Source: Mobula hypostoma (lineage: Eukaryota). Taken from it: a DNA stretch of 64,000 bases. The notes under the pieces are model-generated. The model did not search any database. It had not been told where the DNA came from and was given only the letters and a program-made list of their open reading frames with translations. The stretch lies in NCBI RefSeq assembly GCF_963921235.1, contig NC_086108.1, positions 117,492,001 through 117,556,000 of the forward strand, in the 5' to 3' direction. Shown piece by piece: positions 36,049 through 50,070 of this stretch (within the stretch, counting starts at the first letter, position 1; every line of letters starts with the position of its first letter). The translations under genes were made by a program, and so were the position numbers.

Positions 36049-38100
36049 AAGACCATACGATATAGGAGTAGAAGAAGGCTATTTGGCCCATCGAGTCTGC
36101 TCCGTCATTCAATCATGGGCTGATCCAATTCATCTCAGTTCTAAAAGGACGTCCTTGAATCCTGAAGTCGTGCCCTCTTGACCTAGAATCCCCTACATGG
36201 GAAATAACTTTGCTATATCTAATCTGTTCAGGCCTTTTAACATTCGGAATGTTTCTATGAGATCCCCTCTCATTTTCCTGAATTCCAGGGAATACAGCCC
36301 AAGAGCTGCCAGACATTCCTCATACAGTAACCCTTTCATTCCTGGAATCATTCTTGTGAATCTTCTCTGAACCCGCTCCAATATCAGTATATCCTTTCTA
36401 AAATAAGGAGTCCAAACTGCACATAATATTCCAAGTGTGATCTTACAAGTGCCTTATAGAGCCTCAACATCACATCCCTGCTAATATATTCTGTACCTCT
36501 AGAAATGAATGCCAACATTGCACTTGCCTTCTGTACCTCCGACTCAACCTGGAGGATAACCTTCAGGGCAGAGGTGGTCAACCTTTTACATTCCATGTGT
36601 CAATTTTTTCATGCACGAGTTCAGATGCGATGTTTTCACACACGAGTTCTATATTAACATATTTTTACAAGAATTGTGGGGTTACAAGAGCTGTATGGCG
36701 CATCTGAACTTGTGCGTGAAAAAATTGACGCATGGAATATAAAAGGTTGGCCACCCCTGCTTTAGGGTATCCTGCACAAGGACTCCCAAGTCTCTTTGCA
36801 TCTCTGCATTTTGAATTGTCTCCCCATCTAAATAATAGTCTGCCTATTTATTTCTTCCACCAAAGTGCATGACCATACTCTTTCCAACATTGTACTTCAT
36901 TTGCCACTTCTTTGTTTGTTCCCCTAAACTATATCAGCCTCTCTGCAGGCACTCTGTTTCCTCAACACTACCCACTCCTCCAGCTATCTTTGTAACATCA
37001 GCAAATTTAGCCACAAATCCATTAATCCCATAGTCCAAATCATTGGCATACATTGTAAAAATCAGTGATCCCAACACTGACCCCTGTGGAATTCCACTGG
37101 TAGCCAGCAGGCAGCCAGAATAGGATCCTTTTATTCTCATTCTCTGTTTTCTGCCGACCAGCCAATGCTCCATCCACACTAGTTACTTCCCTGTAATTCC
37201 ATGGGCTGTTATCTTGCTAAGCAGCCTGATATGTGGCATTTGTCAAGGTCTTCTGAAAATCCAAGTACACCACATCTCCGGCATCTCTTTTGTCTTCCCT
37301 GCTTGTAATTTACTCAAAAATTTGCAGTAGGTTAGTCAGGCAGGATTTTCCTTTCAGGAAACCGTGCTGGCTTTAGCCATGTGCCTCCAGGTACTCCGTA
37401 ATCTCATCCCCAACAATCGATTCCAACAACTTCCCAACCACTGATGTCAGTCTAACAGGTCTATAGTTTCCTTTCTGCTGCCTCCCACTCTTCTTAAATA
37501 GCGGAATAACATTTACAATTTTCCAGTCATCCGGTACAATGCCAGAATTTATTGATTCTTGAAAGATCATTGTTAATGCCTCCGCAATCTCTCCAGCTAC
37601 TTCCTTCAGAACCCGAGGGTGCATTCCATCAGGTCCAGGAGATTTATCCACCCTCAGCTTCTTGAGCACCTTCTCAGTGGTAATTTTCACTGCACATACT
37701 TCACCTCCCTGACACTCTTGAATGTCCGGTAGACGTCTTCCGCTGTGAAGGCTGATGCAAAATACGCATTCAGTTCCTCTGCCGTGTCTGCTTCTCTCAG
37801 TACAACATCTCCAGCATCATTTTCCTATTTCTAGCCTCAACTCTCTTTTATCCTTTATACACTTAAAAAAGCTTTTAGTATCTTCTTTGATATTAGACAC
37901 CAGCTTCCTTTCATAATTCATCTTTTCCTTCCTAATGACCTTCTTCGTTTCCTTCTGAAAGTTTTTTAAAGCTTCCCAATCCTCTATCCTCCCACCATCT
38001 TTGGCTTCCTTGTGTGCCCTCTCTTTTGCTTTTACTTTGGCTCTGACTTCACTTGTCAGCCACAGTAGTGTCCTTCTTCCATTTGAAAATTTTTTCATAT
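36049..38100 (-). mobile_element. CR1 ORF2 (same subfamily as 5440-6917)
   Basis: KSPGPDGMHPRVLKEVAGEIAEAL, KFADVTK, C-terminus and tail. Confidence 0.9.
36569..36759. mobile_element. hAT MITE (second family)
   Basis: CAGAGGTGGTCAACCTTTT...AAAAGGTTGGCCACCCCTG with long imperfect inverted arms; 8-bp TSD cttcaggg / ctttaggg; an empty site is visible in the paralogous CR1 at ~5610. Confidence 0.92.
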
Positions 38101-38104
38101 TTGG

Positions 38105-39190
38105 AACCCAACAACCTGGCCTGCACAGCTGCCTGTGGTAATAAATTCCACAAATTCACTACCCTCTGGCTAAAGAAATTTCTGAGCATGTCTGTTTTAA
38201 ATGGACACCACTCTATCCTGACACTCTGCCCCCTTGTCCTAGACTCCCCCACCATGGGAAACATGCTTTCCACATCTACTCTGTCTGGGCCTTTCAACAT
38301 TCAAAAGGTTTTAATGAGATCTCCCCCTCTTTCTTCTAAATTCCAGGGAGTACAGACCCAGAGCAATTAAACGTTCCTCGAATGATAACTTTCATTCCCC
38401 GAATCATCCTTGTGAACCTCCTCTGAACCCTGTCCAAGGCCAGCACATCTTTTCTTAGATGAGGAACCCAAAACCATCAAAAAAACTATGTTTCTTTTTT
38501 AAAATCACAATCTCTCACAGAACCCCGGTTGAGAACCCGTGGCCGAGAAGACACTGAAAGTGGCCATGATTAGTATAAAATGGCCAGTGCAGACTGAATA
38601 GATTGAAGGGCCTGTTGCTGTGTTTAATAACTCTGTGGTTAATGTAAACATAGAAGCATAGAAACATAGAAAATAGATGCAGGAGTAGGCCATTTGGCCC
38701 TTCGAGCCTGCACCGCCATTTATTATGATCATGGCTGATCATCCAACTCAGAACCCTGCACCAGCCTTCCCTCCATACCCCCTGATCCCCGTAGCCACAA
38801 GGGCCATATCTAATTCCCTCTTAAATATAGCCAATGAACTGGTCTCAACTGTTTCCTGTGGCAGAGAATTCCACAGATTCACCACTCTCTGTGTGAAGAA
38901 GTTTTTCCTAATCTCAGTCCTAAAAGGCTTCCCCCTTATCCTCAAACTGTGACCCCTCGTTCTGGACTTCCCCAACATCGGGAACAATCTTCCTGCATCT
39001 AGCCTGTCCAATCCCTTTAGGATTTTATACGTTTCAATCAGATCCCCCCTCAATCTTCTAAATTCCAACGAGTACAAGCCTAGTTCATCCAGTCTTTCTT
39101 CATATGAAAGTCTTGCCATCCCAGGAATCAATCTGGTGAACCTTCTTTGTACTCCCTCTATGGCAAGGATGTCTTTCCTCAGATTAGGAT
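38105..39190 (-). mobile_element. Two CR1 3' ends (38105-38475; 38648-39190)
   Basis: 38648-39190 is nearly identical to 19549-20080 but has the intact NLWNSLPQ C-terminus. Confidence 0.88.
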
Positions 39191-40900
39191 GTAAGTGTGT
39201 GGTCAGACCCAGTAGAGTTGTTTACTTGCTTAGGAAGGTGAATGTATCGCAGGTACAGACAGTGGGCAATTGTGTTGACTACCAGGGAAGGCAGAAGAGT
39301 GGCCAGAGAGCGTAGGGCTCCCTGTGGCCATTCCCACATGAAATAAGCAGTGGAGTCTATTTAAGACAACGTTGGACAGATTTTTGCATAGTAGGAGAAT
39401 TAAAGGTTACGGGGAAGAGGTAGGTAGGTGTAGGTGAGTCCGTAGCCAGATCAGCCATGATCTTATCGAATTGCGGAGCAGGCTCGACGGGCCAGATGGC
39501 CGACTCCTGCTCCTATTTCTTATGCACTTATTCCCAGGTGGAAGGGCGAGCAGACAGTGGTCATTGGTACAATGATAGAGGCTGACAAATGAAATGAGAT
39601 CCTATACAGTGTCAGACAGAGTATTTAAAAAACAGCACCTTAAGGTTACTGCTAGTGAAGGTGGGAATAGGATGATAGCGCAGATGAACGTATGGCTGAG
39701 GACCTGGAGGAGGAGGGAGGGATTCGGGTTCTTGGACCATTGAGAGCTCTCATGGGGCAGAGGATATCCATACAAGAGGAATGGAGACTAGTCTGGCAGT
39801 GGGGTAGGACAAGGGCACTGTGGGAAATACAGAAGTTAAAGTAAGACCAGTCGGGTCACCTCACTACAGGAAGGACGTGGGTGCAGAGGAGATTTACAAG
39901 GATGTTGCCTGGATTGGGGAGCATGCCTTATGAGAATAGGTTGAGTGAACTCGACTTTTTCTCCTTGGAGCGACGGAGGATGAGAGGTGACCTGATAGAG
40001 GTGTACAAGATAATGAGAGGCATTGATCGTGTGGATAGTCAGAGGCTTTTCCCCAGGGCTGAAATGGCTAACACGAGAGGGCATAGTTTTAAGGTGCTTG
40101 GAAGTTAGTATAGAGGAGATGTCAGGGGTGAGTTTTTTACACAGAGAGTGATGAGTGCATGGAATGGGCTGCTAGGGGGATTGAGTTCAAGAGTAGAGAG
40201 GTCATTTGCAACTCTACAAATCGCTGGTGAGACCACACTTAGAGTATTGTGTTCAGTTGTGGTCAACTCATTATAGGAAGGATGTGGAAGCTATGGAGAG
40301 GGTGCAGAGGAGATTTTCCAGGATGTTGCCTGGATTGGAAAACAAATCTTATGAGGCAATGTTAGCAGAGCTGGGATTTTTCTCTTTGGAGCGTAGAAGG
40401 ATGAGAGGGGACTTGATAGAGGTTTACAGGATTATGAGAGGCATAGATAGGGTGGATAGCCAGTACCTGTTTCCCAGGGCACGAATAGCAAACACCAGAG
40501 GGCATATGTACAAAGTTAAAGGAGGGAAGTTTTGGGGAGACATCAGGGGCAAGTTTTTTTACACAGAGGGTTGTGGGTGCCTGGAATGACTTGCCAGGGA
40601 TGGTGGTAGAGGCTAAAACATTAGGGGTATTTAAGAGCTTCTTGGACAGGCACATGGATGAAAGAAAAATAGAGGATTACGGGGTAGTGTGGGTTTTGTA
40701 CTTAGGAATATGTGGGTCGGTACAACATTGAGGGCCGAAGGGCCTGTACTGTGCTGTTGTATTCTAGTGTCTAGTGTCAATTACAAGTGTTTGAAGAACA
40801 TTTGAACAGGTTCATGGACAGGAGAATATGCAGGTCAATGTGACTATGTCAGGAAGGCACATGGACGGTGAACTGAAGGGCCTGTAGAATTCTGTGGGTC
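39190..40900 (+). mobile_element. Cluster of CR1 fragments (ORF1 remnants and several 3' ends)
   Basis: RRFTRMLPGL, LVRPHLEYCVQ and tails gaagggcctgtactgtgctg. Confidence 0.8.
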
Positions 40901-41309
40901 TATGATTATCTCCTGACACTGAACCGGTGAAGCCAGTGCAGAGGATACAAGACAGAGATGGGATGTGAGAAGGCTTTTTCTTATGATGATTCGAAATTCA
41001 TTGCATGTAGGGACTCAGCCGAGATTTGCATGGAGCAGGAATGGGAGGTGGGATGAGAGGATTGTTTACTGGATGCAGTTTCCATAAATTCTGACTCTCT
41101 ATTCCAGACAGCTTCCCTCCTCCCTCAAATAACATGCCTGAAATATTCAGCAGGTCACATAGCATCTGTGGAGAAACAAGAGTTAATGTTTCAGCACCAT
41201 CACATCAATGTGGACTTAACAAGTCGTGGTGTTGTCTGAGACATTGATCGAGTCAAATGGGCCAAATACAACATCAGTGGCTAGATGCCTGTGATATTAA
41301 CCCTCATAA

Positions 41310-41576
<267 letters not shown>

Positions 41577-42069
41577 TAAGAATGACCCTATGTTTTCACA
41601 ATTCAAGCAGTAAATTAAGTTGTTCTTTTGTAGTGTTATGTCATCATAAAAGGAAACCTGATGCCAGAGAAGCCAGTATTCAGGTAGAATCTATGGGGAG
41701 GAAAACAGATAACATTCAGAGTGAAGATTGTTTGTTAGAAAAGCCAGACCTTTTGTTTTCAGACATGAAATGTTAACTTGTTTCTTTTTCCACAGATGCT
41801 GACTGGCAGGCTGTTTCTCTTACTCTTTTGCAGAGTTCCAGTATCTGCAGTAATCTTTAAATTTTCATTTTAATTTAAAATACAATCTCACAAAGCACAG
41901 GAGCTAACATCCCGGAATTATGAGATTGCTGTGTCCATTACATGGATACCTTGCAGAGAGTCTGATCAGCATTACTGCTCTGATGTCACTCCAGTATACT
42001 TGGAGTTGTTACCCACCAGAAGAGAAGCTGCTATGGTGATATTCCATAAAACTCATAGTCTAATAGTTT

Positions 42070-42950
42070 AGTCCTCAGACTGCTGAACGGATCCTGACCC
42101 GCATCTGGGCCGTACCCTCCAAATATCCAGACCTGCCTCTCGGGTTTTTTGCACTACCTTACTTTCCATTTTTCTATTTTCTATTTATGATTTATAATTT
42201 AAATTTTTAATAATTACTATTGATTTGTAATCCAGGGAGCGGGAAGCGCAAAATCAAATATCGCTGTGATGATTGTATGTTCTAGTATCAATTGTTTGGC
42301 GACAATAAAGTGTAAAGTATAATTGGGGCCTCATTTCACTGGGTTCATTGTCTAACAAGTAAATGAAAAGAGAATTGTCAATTCAGGTCAAGTTTATTGT
42401 CATTTAACTATATACCTGTATACAGCCAAACGAGACAATGTTTCTCTGGACTAGGGTGTAAAACACAGTACTACACATAACACACATATAACACAGAATA
42501 ACTCAGGAAAGTAAGAATTAAATCTATAAAAGAATTACACATAGATAAGGAAACTAAAGATTATAAATTAAGTATTGTAGGGTACAGTACAAATTAGCCT
42601 GTGACACTTCGAATGCGATGCGGCAGGGTGTTCAGAAGCCTGATGGCCTGAGGGAAGAAGCTGTTTCCCATCCTGACCATTCCTGTTTTTATGCATTGGA
42701 GTCTCCTGCTTGATGGTATAGAATGTCAAAGAGGATGCTGGATGAATGGGGGAGATCTTTGATAATGCTAAGGTCCCTGCCCGATGGATGGCAAGGAGAC
42801 ACCTGTGATCCTCTCAGCCATTCTCACAGTCCTCTGTAGGGACTTCTTGTCCAGTGCTATGCTGCCCCTATGCCAGATGGAGATGCAACTTGTCGGGATA
42901 CTCTCAATTCTGCTTCTGTAAAATTCAGCCAAGATGGAGGTGGTGGGGAG
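42070..42950. mobile_element. Rex1-like and unclassified LINE-tail fragments
   Basis: Minus strand ILAEFYRSRIESIPTSCISIWH..DKKSLQRTVRMAERITG; AATAAA-ending tails in both orientations. Confidence 0.65.
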
Positions 42951-43246
42951 GTGGGGAGCCTTGCTTGTATTGTACTGCTCTGGTTGAATCGGGAGATCCA
43001 CTTTACTCTGATGCCCAGATCTGCAGAATTCAAAGCAGGTGACCCTGACCTTTACAACAAATCAGATCTGACCTTAATGAAGTGTTAAAATTTTCGCTAT
43101 ATCTTGGTACATGTGGGAATGATAAACCAATACCAATCTTGCACCACCCAAGAGTTGAACCTGCCGAATTATCAGATTCCTGTTTTCTGTCAAATAATAC
43201 ACAGCATGTTTATTCATGTAACAAATTTTGAAATGTTTTAATCCAG

Positions 43247-43399
43247 GTTCACGCTTCCAAATCAAATCAGATGAGTGTGTTCAGTGGATTCAAGCAGATG
43301 TTGAAGGAGGGTGGAGTAACATCTCTGTGGAGAGGCAATGGTATGAATGTAATAAAGATCGCCCCGGAAACAGCAATCAAGTTCATGGCTTACGAGCAG
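43247..43399 (+). CDS. SLC25A24: SLC25A24-like exon 6
   Basis: ttttaatccAG acceptor; [51 protein letters not shown]; donor GTACTG; 153 nt. Confidence 0.96.
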
Positions 43400-43764
43400 G
43401 TACTGCTTTGTCAGAGTGTGCAGTCGTAGAGAAACTAAATGGGCATGCAGCAGGTTGACCTGGAACTTTGCACCAAGATCATCAAAAATGAGCAGAATTA
43501 TGAACAGTGAGGACATTGTCAAAACGGCTGGATACATGGCAGATGGAATATTGGGATGTTTATGGTCACGCACTTTGGTAGAAGGAATAAAACCATAAGA
43601 GAGAGAAGCAGAATTAGGGCATTTGGTCCATCGAGTCTGCTCTGCCATTCAATCAAGCCTGATCCTTTTTCTTTCCCCTCCTTAACCCCACTCTCTGGCC
43701 TTCTCCCTGTAACCTTTGATACCGTGTCCAAACAAGAACCTATCCAACTCCACCTTAAATACAA

Positions 43765-45924
43765 ATTGTCCCTTTGACAATTAAAAATCTACCATTAGTA
43801 TCTGACACAACGTCTTCTTGGATAAATAAAATGTTAGGTTTAATAAAAGTAGAAACTCCCTTTATTTTATTTTGACAAGTGGCATGATATTGAAGGCCCT
43901 TCCACATTTTAAAAAATCTATTTTGTTCACCTGTTCTGATATGCGTTTCTTGAGCAAAAATTTTATCGGATTGGAATCGATTAATAATTTTAAAAGTCTT
44001 CTTTCGCTTAATAGGATGATTCCAGCCACGTACTTTCCAACTAATAACGTTTATCTGTTTAACTACCATAAAATATTTTTTAAACACATAAATACACGCA
44101 TACCAACGTAGGCTAATCAAAAATGGCAGTGATAAGTATAACCATATAGAAAACACGCATGCTCCAGAAATCCGTAATGGAAAAATATACAAAAAAAACT
44201 GAAATTAATCCTACAATGAAACTTATAGTTTGAAACTAATCCCAATCCTCCCACCATCCCAAAAGCCAGATAAAAAGGCGAAGAAAAAAAATAAGCCGGA
44301 ATGTGTCCCTATAGAAAAAGAAAAAAGAAACAGAACTCCGCGAGCTGCCCAAATTATTATAGTGATTTTAAAAGTTCTTAATTCCTCCCCCCACCATTTA
44401 CAAAAAAAACACACACAGCCTTAATATATGGAAGCTCTGCAGAGGAAAAAAAACGATGTTTATGCTTAATCATTAAAATAAACTGCGGAATGCAAAAACA
44501 ATCTCCAAAGATGTCAAAACAATAAAATTAAACAAAAGGAAAAATGCCTATGTAATCTCTAATGAAGAAAAATCTGCACCATGATCCCTTTGATTTACTA
44601 CCCAATAAAAAAAAACTTTTTAGAAGAAAAACTGAGACTAATATCTATCTACTAAGCACTCCTTGCGCGTGCGCGCTCTTGCTGTTGCGCTCTCTCTCTC
44701 TCTCTATCTATCTATCTATATATATATATAAAAGAAAAAGTCCTTATAAACTATGAAAACTATCACTTAATTAATGAAGAAAAGGAAGGATAAAAACAAA
44801 TAATCAAACCAGTTAACAGTCTGTCCACTGTGTTAATTCACTCAGTATACCAAACAGATTTCGGAGAAGTCATTCATCAGTCAAATCAAGAAGTTCACAT
44901 CTTCTTTAAATGGTCCATCGATCAAAGGACATCTTCAACATATCAGAGATCTTCAAAGCTTGTTTTCTTTCTGAAAATTATTCAGCAGACCTAATGCCTT
45001 TCAAACCTCGGCCACCTCCAAAATAGAATTAACATAGTCCAATTCCGCTTTGGAATCCAGAAGAACACGTGGAGTTGAGTCTTTAGGAAATAATTTTAAT
45101 TGGGCTGTATAGCGAAGTGATGGGAATAATCCCTTATCATGGGCTATCTTCATAGCTGGAACGAATTTGAACCGCTGTTCCATAACTTCCTGTGGATAAT
45201 CTTCATAAAAACGAATCTCGGAACTCTTGAATTTAAAAACTCTGTGTTTCCTTGCATATTTTGTGATTTGGTCTTTAACTTTGAAACGAAGAAAGCTGAC
45301 CAAAACTGACCTTGGTTTATTCAGATCTTGAGATTTCAAAGTGAAAATTCTGTGCACTCTTTCAATATTGGGAGGCTGAGGTAAGATATCCGGAAACAGA
45401 TTGAAACAAATTAGCAAAATAGTCCAATAAATCCCCACTCTCAGATCCTTCCTTCAGTCCAACAATTCGAATGTTATTCCAACGAGATGTTGCTTCCAGA
45501 TCAATAATCTTGTGTTGAGACTGTTCCAAGCGGGCTGAAATATCCACTATCTGACGCTTCGACTCTTTAAGTTCAGAATTCAAGGAAATAATACTTTCCT
45601 CTATGAAATGAAAACTCTGTCGAAATGACTTCATCTCAGAAGTGTTGGGATCTATTTTCTTGTCGAGAGCCATCAACGCATGTTCCAAACGCTCAGCCCA
45701 AACAGGCATATCTTCTGATTTTTCTTTCGAAGTTTTTCCCTTTTCATTGCTGGATTCAGAAAGCTGCTGTCCACTTCTTAAAGATTGTGACATAATGACA
45801 ATTATTCTCCTCTAAGATCCAACAAATAAAAGTTAAAAATTCAGAGTTTAAACTGGGGAAAAGGGAGAATTAAATGCAGCCACACAAATTGTGTGTTACT
45901 CCATTAGGCAGCAGGTGGAAGTCC
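43765..45924 (-). mobile_element. L1 LINE 5' half: 5' UTR, ORF1 (frameshifted), spacer, ORF2 N-terminus
   Basis: 5' end GGACTTCC; ORF1 coiled coil, LEATSRWNNIRIVGLKEG, IERVHR, IRFYEDY; ORF2 INVISWKVRGWNHPIKRK..FAQETH..DTNGRFLIVKG; truncated at ~43765. Confidence 0.9.
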
Positions 45925-45925
45925 C

Positions 45926-47320
45926 AGCCCAGGAAATTATTGACCAGTGAGTCTTACTTCAGTGGTTGAGAAGTTAATGGAGAAGATCCTGAGAGGCAGG
46001 ATTTATGAATATTTGGAGAGGCATAATATGATTAGGAATAGTCAGCATGGGTTTGTCAAAGACAGGTCATGCGATACGAGCCTGATTGAAATTTTTGAGG
46101 ATGTGACTAAACACTGATGAAGGTAAAGCAGTAGATGTGGTGTATATGGATTTCGGCAAGGCATTTGATGAGGTGCCCCATGCAAGGCTTATTAAGAAAG
46201 TAAGGAGGCATGAGATCCAACGGGACGTTGCTTTTTAGATCCAGAACTGGCTTGCCCACAGAAGGCACAGTGTCGTTGTAGACGGATCATATTCTGCATG
46301 GAGGTTGCTGACCAGTGGAGTGCCTCAGGGATCTGTTCTGGGACCCCTTCTCTTCATGATTTTTATAAGTGACCTGGATGAGGAAGTGGAGGGATGGGTT
46401 AGTAGATTTGCTGATGACACAAAGGCTGGGGGTGTTGTGGATAAGGTTGGGGGTGTTGTGGATAGTGTAGAAGGCTGTCAGAGGTTACAGCGGGACATTG
46501 ATAGGATGCAAGACTGGGCTGAGTAGTGGCAGATGGAGTTCACCCCAGGTAAGTGTGAGGTGGTTCATTTTGGTAGGTCAAAATGATGGCAGAACATAGT
46601 GTTAATGGTAAGACTCTTGGCAGTGTGGAGGATCAGAGGTATCTTGGGGTCTGAGTTCACAGGAGACACTCCAAGCTGCTGTGCAGGTTGGCTGTGGTTA
46701 AGAAGGCATATGGTGCATTGGCCTTCATCAATCATGGGACTGACTTTAGGAGCTGAGAGGTAATGTTGCAGCTATATAGGGCACTGGTCAGACCCCACGG
46801 AGTACTGTGCTCAGTTCTGGTCGCCTCACTACAGGAAGGATGTGGAAACCATAGAAAGGGTGCAGAGGAGATTTACAAGGATGTTGCCTGGATTGGGGAG
46901 CATGCCTTATGAGAACAGGTTGAGTGAACTCAGCCTTTTCTCCTTGGAGCGACGGAGAATAAGAGGTGACCTGATAGAGGTGTATGAGATGATGAGAGGC
47001 ATTAATCATGTGGATAGTCAGAGGCTTTTTCTCAGGGCTGAAATGGCTAGCACGAGAGGGCACAGTTTTAAGATGCTTGGAAGTAGGTACAGAGGAGATG
47101 TCAGTGGTGAGTTTTTTACGCAGAGGGTAGTGAGTGCATGGAATGGGCTACCGGCATTCGTGGTGGAGGCAGAAATGATAGGGTCTTTTCAGAGATTCCT
47201 GGATAGGTACATGGAGCTTAGAAAAATAAGAGAACTGTGGATTTCCCGAGGTAAGAACATATTTGGTACAGCTTTGTGGTCCGAAGGGCCTATATTGTCC
47301 TATCCGTTTTCTATGTTTCT
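45926..47320 (+). mobile_element. 5'-truncated CR1
   Basis: [22 protein letters not shown]-terminus and tail. Confidence 0.9.
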
Positions 47321-50070
47321 GTGACTACACCTGCGGGAAGTGCAGCCAACTCCAGCTCATGAAAGACCGCAATAAGGATCTGCCACTGGAGTTGGAAGAA
47401 CTTTGGGTCATCCGGGAAGTAAAGCAATTGATAGATTCGACTTTTGAGCAGGTGGTTACACCCAGGGTGCAGAATTCAGGGAGTAGATGGATGAACACTG
47501 AGAGAGGTAAAGGGAGAAAAAAGTCAGTTCAGTGTTTTCCTGTGGCCTTCCCCTCAGCAACTGGATACTTTGGATACTGCTGAGGGGGAGTGACCTATCT
47601 GGGCAAAGCAGCAGCAGCCAGACTCATAGCACTGTGGACTGCTTTGAGCCTCAGAAGGGTAAGGTGAAGTCAGGTGCAGCAGTAATCATAGAGGACTCGA
47701 TAGTTTGAGTGACAGGCAGGAGATTCTGCAGCAGCAAAAGATATGCCAGGATAGTGTGTTGCCTCCTGGGTGCTATGGTCCAGGATGTCTCTGAGCTGTT
47801 GCAGAATATTCTTGAAGGAGAATTTGAGTAGCCAGAGGTAGAGGCAGGAGAGTGGTAGAGGTCTTGTACAGTAAAAATTGGAGAGTTAGGAAGGAGGCTG
47901 AAGAGCAGGACCTCCAAGGTGCTAATCTCTGGATTACTCCTGGTGCAGCGAGCTCGTGAAGGTCAGAACAGGAAGAAAGTGCAGACAAATGAGTGGCTGA
48001 GGAGATGGTGCAGGGAGCAGGGCTTCAAGTTCTTGGATCATTGGAACCAAGGGGTGACCTGTACAAGTGGGACAGGTTGCACCTGAACTGGAGGGGTGGC
48101 TTGCTAATGCTAATGCTATTGGGGAGGGTTTAAACTAGATTTGCAGGGGGATGGGAACTGAAGTGAAATGGCAGAGGATGGGGTGGTTGGTGCACAAGTA
48201 GTGACAGCTTGTAGGGAGTTTATGAAGAAGAATAGAACAAAGATACACTCAGCTAGATGGTTTGAGGTGTGTCTATTTTAATGCAAGCAGTGTCATTAGC
48301 AAGGCGGATTAAGAGCATGGATCAATATGTGGAATTATGATGTAGCCATTACAGAGACTTGGATGTCTCAGGGGCAGGAATGGCTGCTGTGTGTACTGGG
48401 CTTTAGATGTTTCAAAACGCAACGCCTAAGGATTCAACATCTTCCAATCCTATGTCACATCTTTCTACCGATTTGGTGCCATTCTTTACCAATAGAGCCA
48501 CACACCTCCTCTGCCTACCTTCCTATCCCTCTGATACAATGTGTAACCTTGGACATTCAGCTCCCAACTACAGCCATCCTTCAGCCACAATTCAGTGATG
48601 GCCATGACATCATACCTGACCATCTGTAATATTGCAACAAGGTCATCCACCTTATTTCTTATACTCAGTACATTGAGATATAACACTTTGAGTGCTGTAT
48701 TTGCTACCCTTTTTGATTCTGCATCCTTAACGCACTGATACTCACGCTGCTGGCTGCAATTTTATCCAACCACCTGCCTGCCCTTCCTGACAGTTTGACT
48801 GCACGATATCTTTGCTTTTTTACCATCTGTCCTATCCTGAGTCCGTTCACTCTGATTTCCACTCCCCTGCCAAATTAGTTTAAACCCTCCCCAACAGCTC
48901 TAACAAACCTGCCCACGAGTATATTGTTCCCCTCAGCTTCAGGTGCAACCCGTCGCTTTTGAACAGGTCATACTTCCCCTGGAAGAGATTCCAACAATCC
49001 AAGAACCTGAAGCCCTGCCCCTTGCACCAGCTTCTCAATCATGCATTAATCTGCCAAATCATCCTGTTTCTACCCTCACTGGCACATGGCACAGGCAGCA
49101 ATCCAGAAATCACTACCCTGGAGGTCCTGCTTCTCAGCTTTCTACCTAGCTCTCTGAATTCTCTCTGCAGGACCTCATTGCTCTTCCTTTCTGTGTCATT
49201 GGAATCAATATGTACCAAGATACTGGCTGCTCTCCCTCCCTCTCCAAAATGCTGTGGACATGATCCAAAATGTCCCTGACCCTGGCAGCTGGGAGGCAAC
49301 ATACCATTCCAGTATCACGTTCATGACCACAGAATCTTATGTCTGTTCGTCTGACTATTGAGTCCTGTATCACTATTGCTCCCCTCTTCTCCCTCTTTAA
49401 GTTCTGCACCAAAGACCCATTCTCAGTGGCAGTAACCTGGTCTCCGTGGCATTCCCCTGGGAGGTCATTCCCACAGAAGTATCCAAAATGGATACTTATT
49501 ATTGAGGGGAATGGCCACAAGGATGCTCTGCGCTAACTGCCTGTTCCCATTTCTATTCCTCCTGACAGTCACCCAGCTACTCACTTCCTGCAATGTAGGG
49601 GTGATTACTTCCCTGTAACTCTGATCAATTATCACCTCACCCTCCTAAACAAGCCAAAGGTCATCCAGCTGCTGCTCCAGATCCCTAACGTGGTCTTCAC
49701 TGAGCTGCAGCCTGATGCACCATGCAAATGTATTTCTCCGGGAGACTCTGGGTCTCCCAATACTCCAACATCTGGCATGAAGAACAAACAGCCATTTACT
49801 ACACTAGGTACAGTAAGAGAGGAAAAAAAAGGGAACCTTAGCAGAAGCTTACCCAGAGCCAATGCCCCTTCCAAGCTGAATCCTCCTTTGAGCCAAAGCC
49901 TGACACTCCTTGTCCCACCAATGTCCTACTCCCAGTAATGGCTGCCCTGCTTGTCCCTTCTGTACTTTTAAACAAGCGTCACTGACCTGCGAGAAACCTC
50001 GTCGCTCTGGCCTATTTTTAACAGTATCCAAAGTAGTATACTTATTGTTGAGAGGAATGGCCACAGGGGT
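47321..50070. mobile_element. Two convergent CR1 5' halves (47321-48415 +; 48416-~50070 -)
   Basis: Both have ORF1 zinc-finger/SGNH remnants and APE starts (YDVAITETW on +; YLNVLSIRNK..AITELW on -), meeting at ~48415. Confidence 0.8.

Noticed and set aside
40983..41094. Possible intronic C/D snoRNA (ATGATGA...CTGA)
   Set aside because: No terminal stem or recognisable rRNA guide; such motifs arise by chance.
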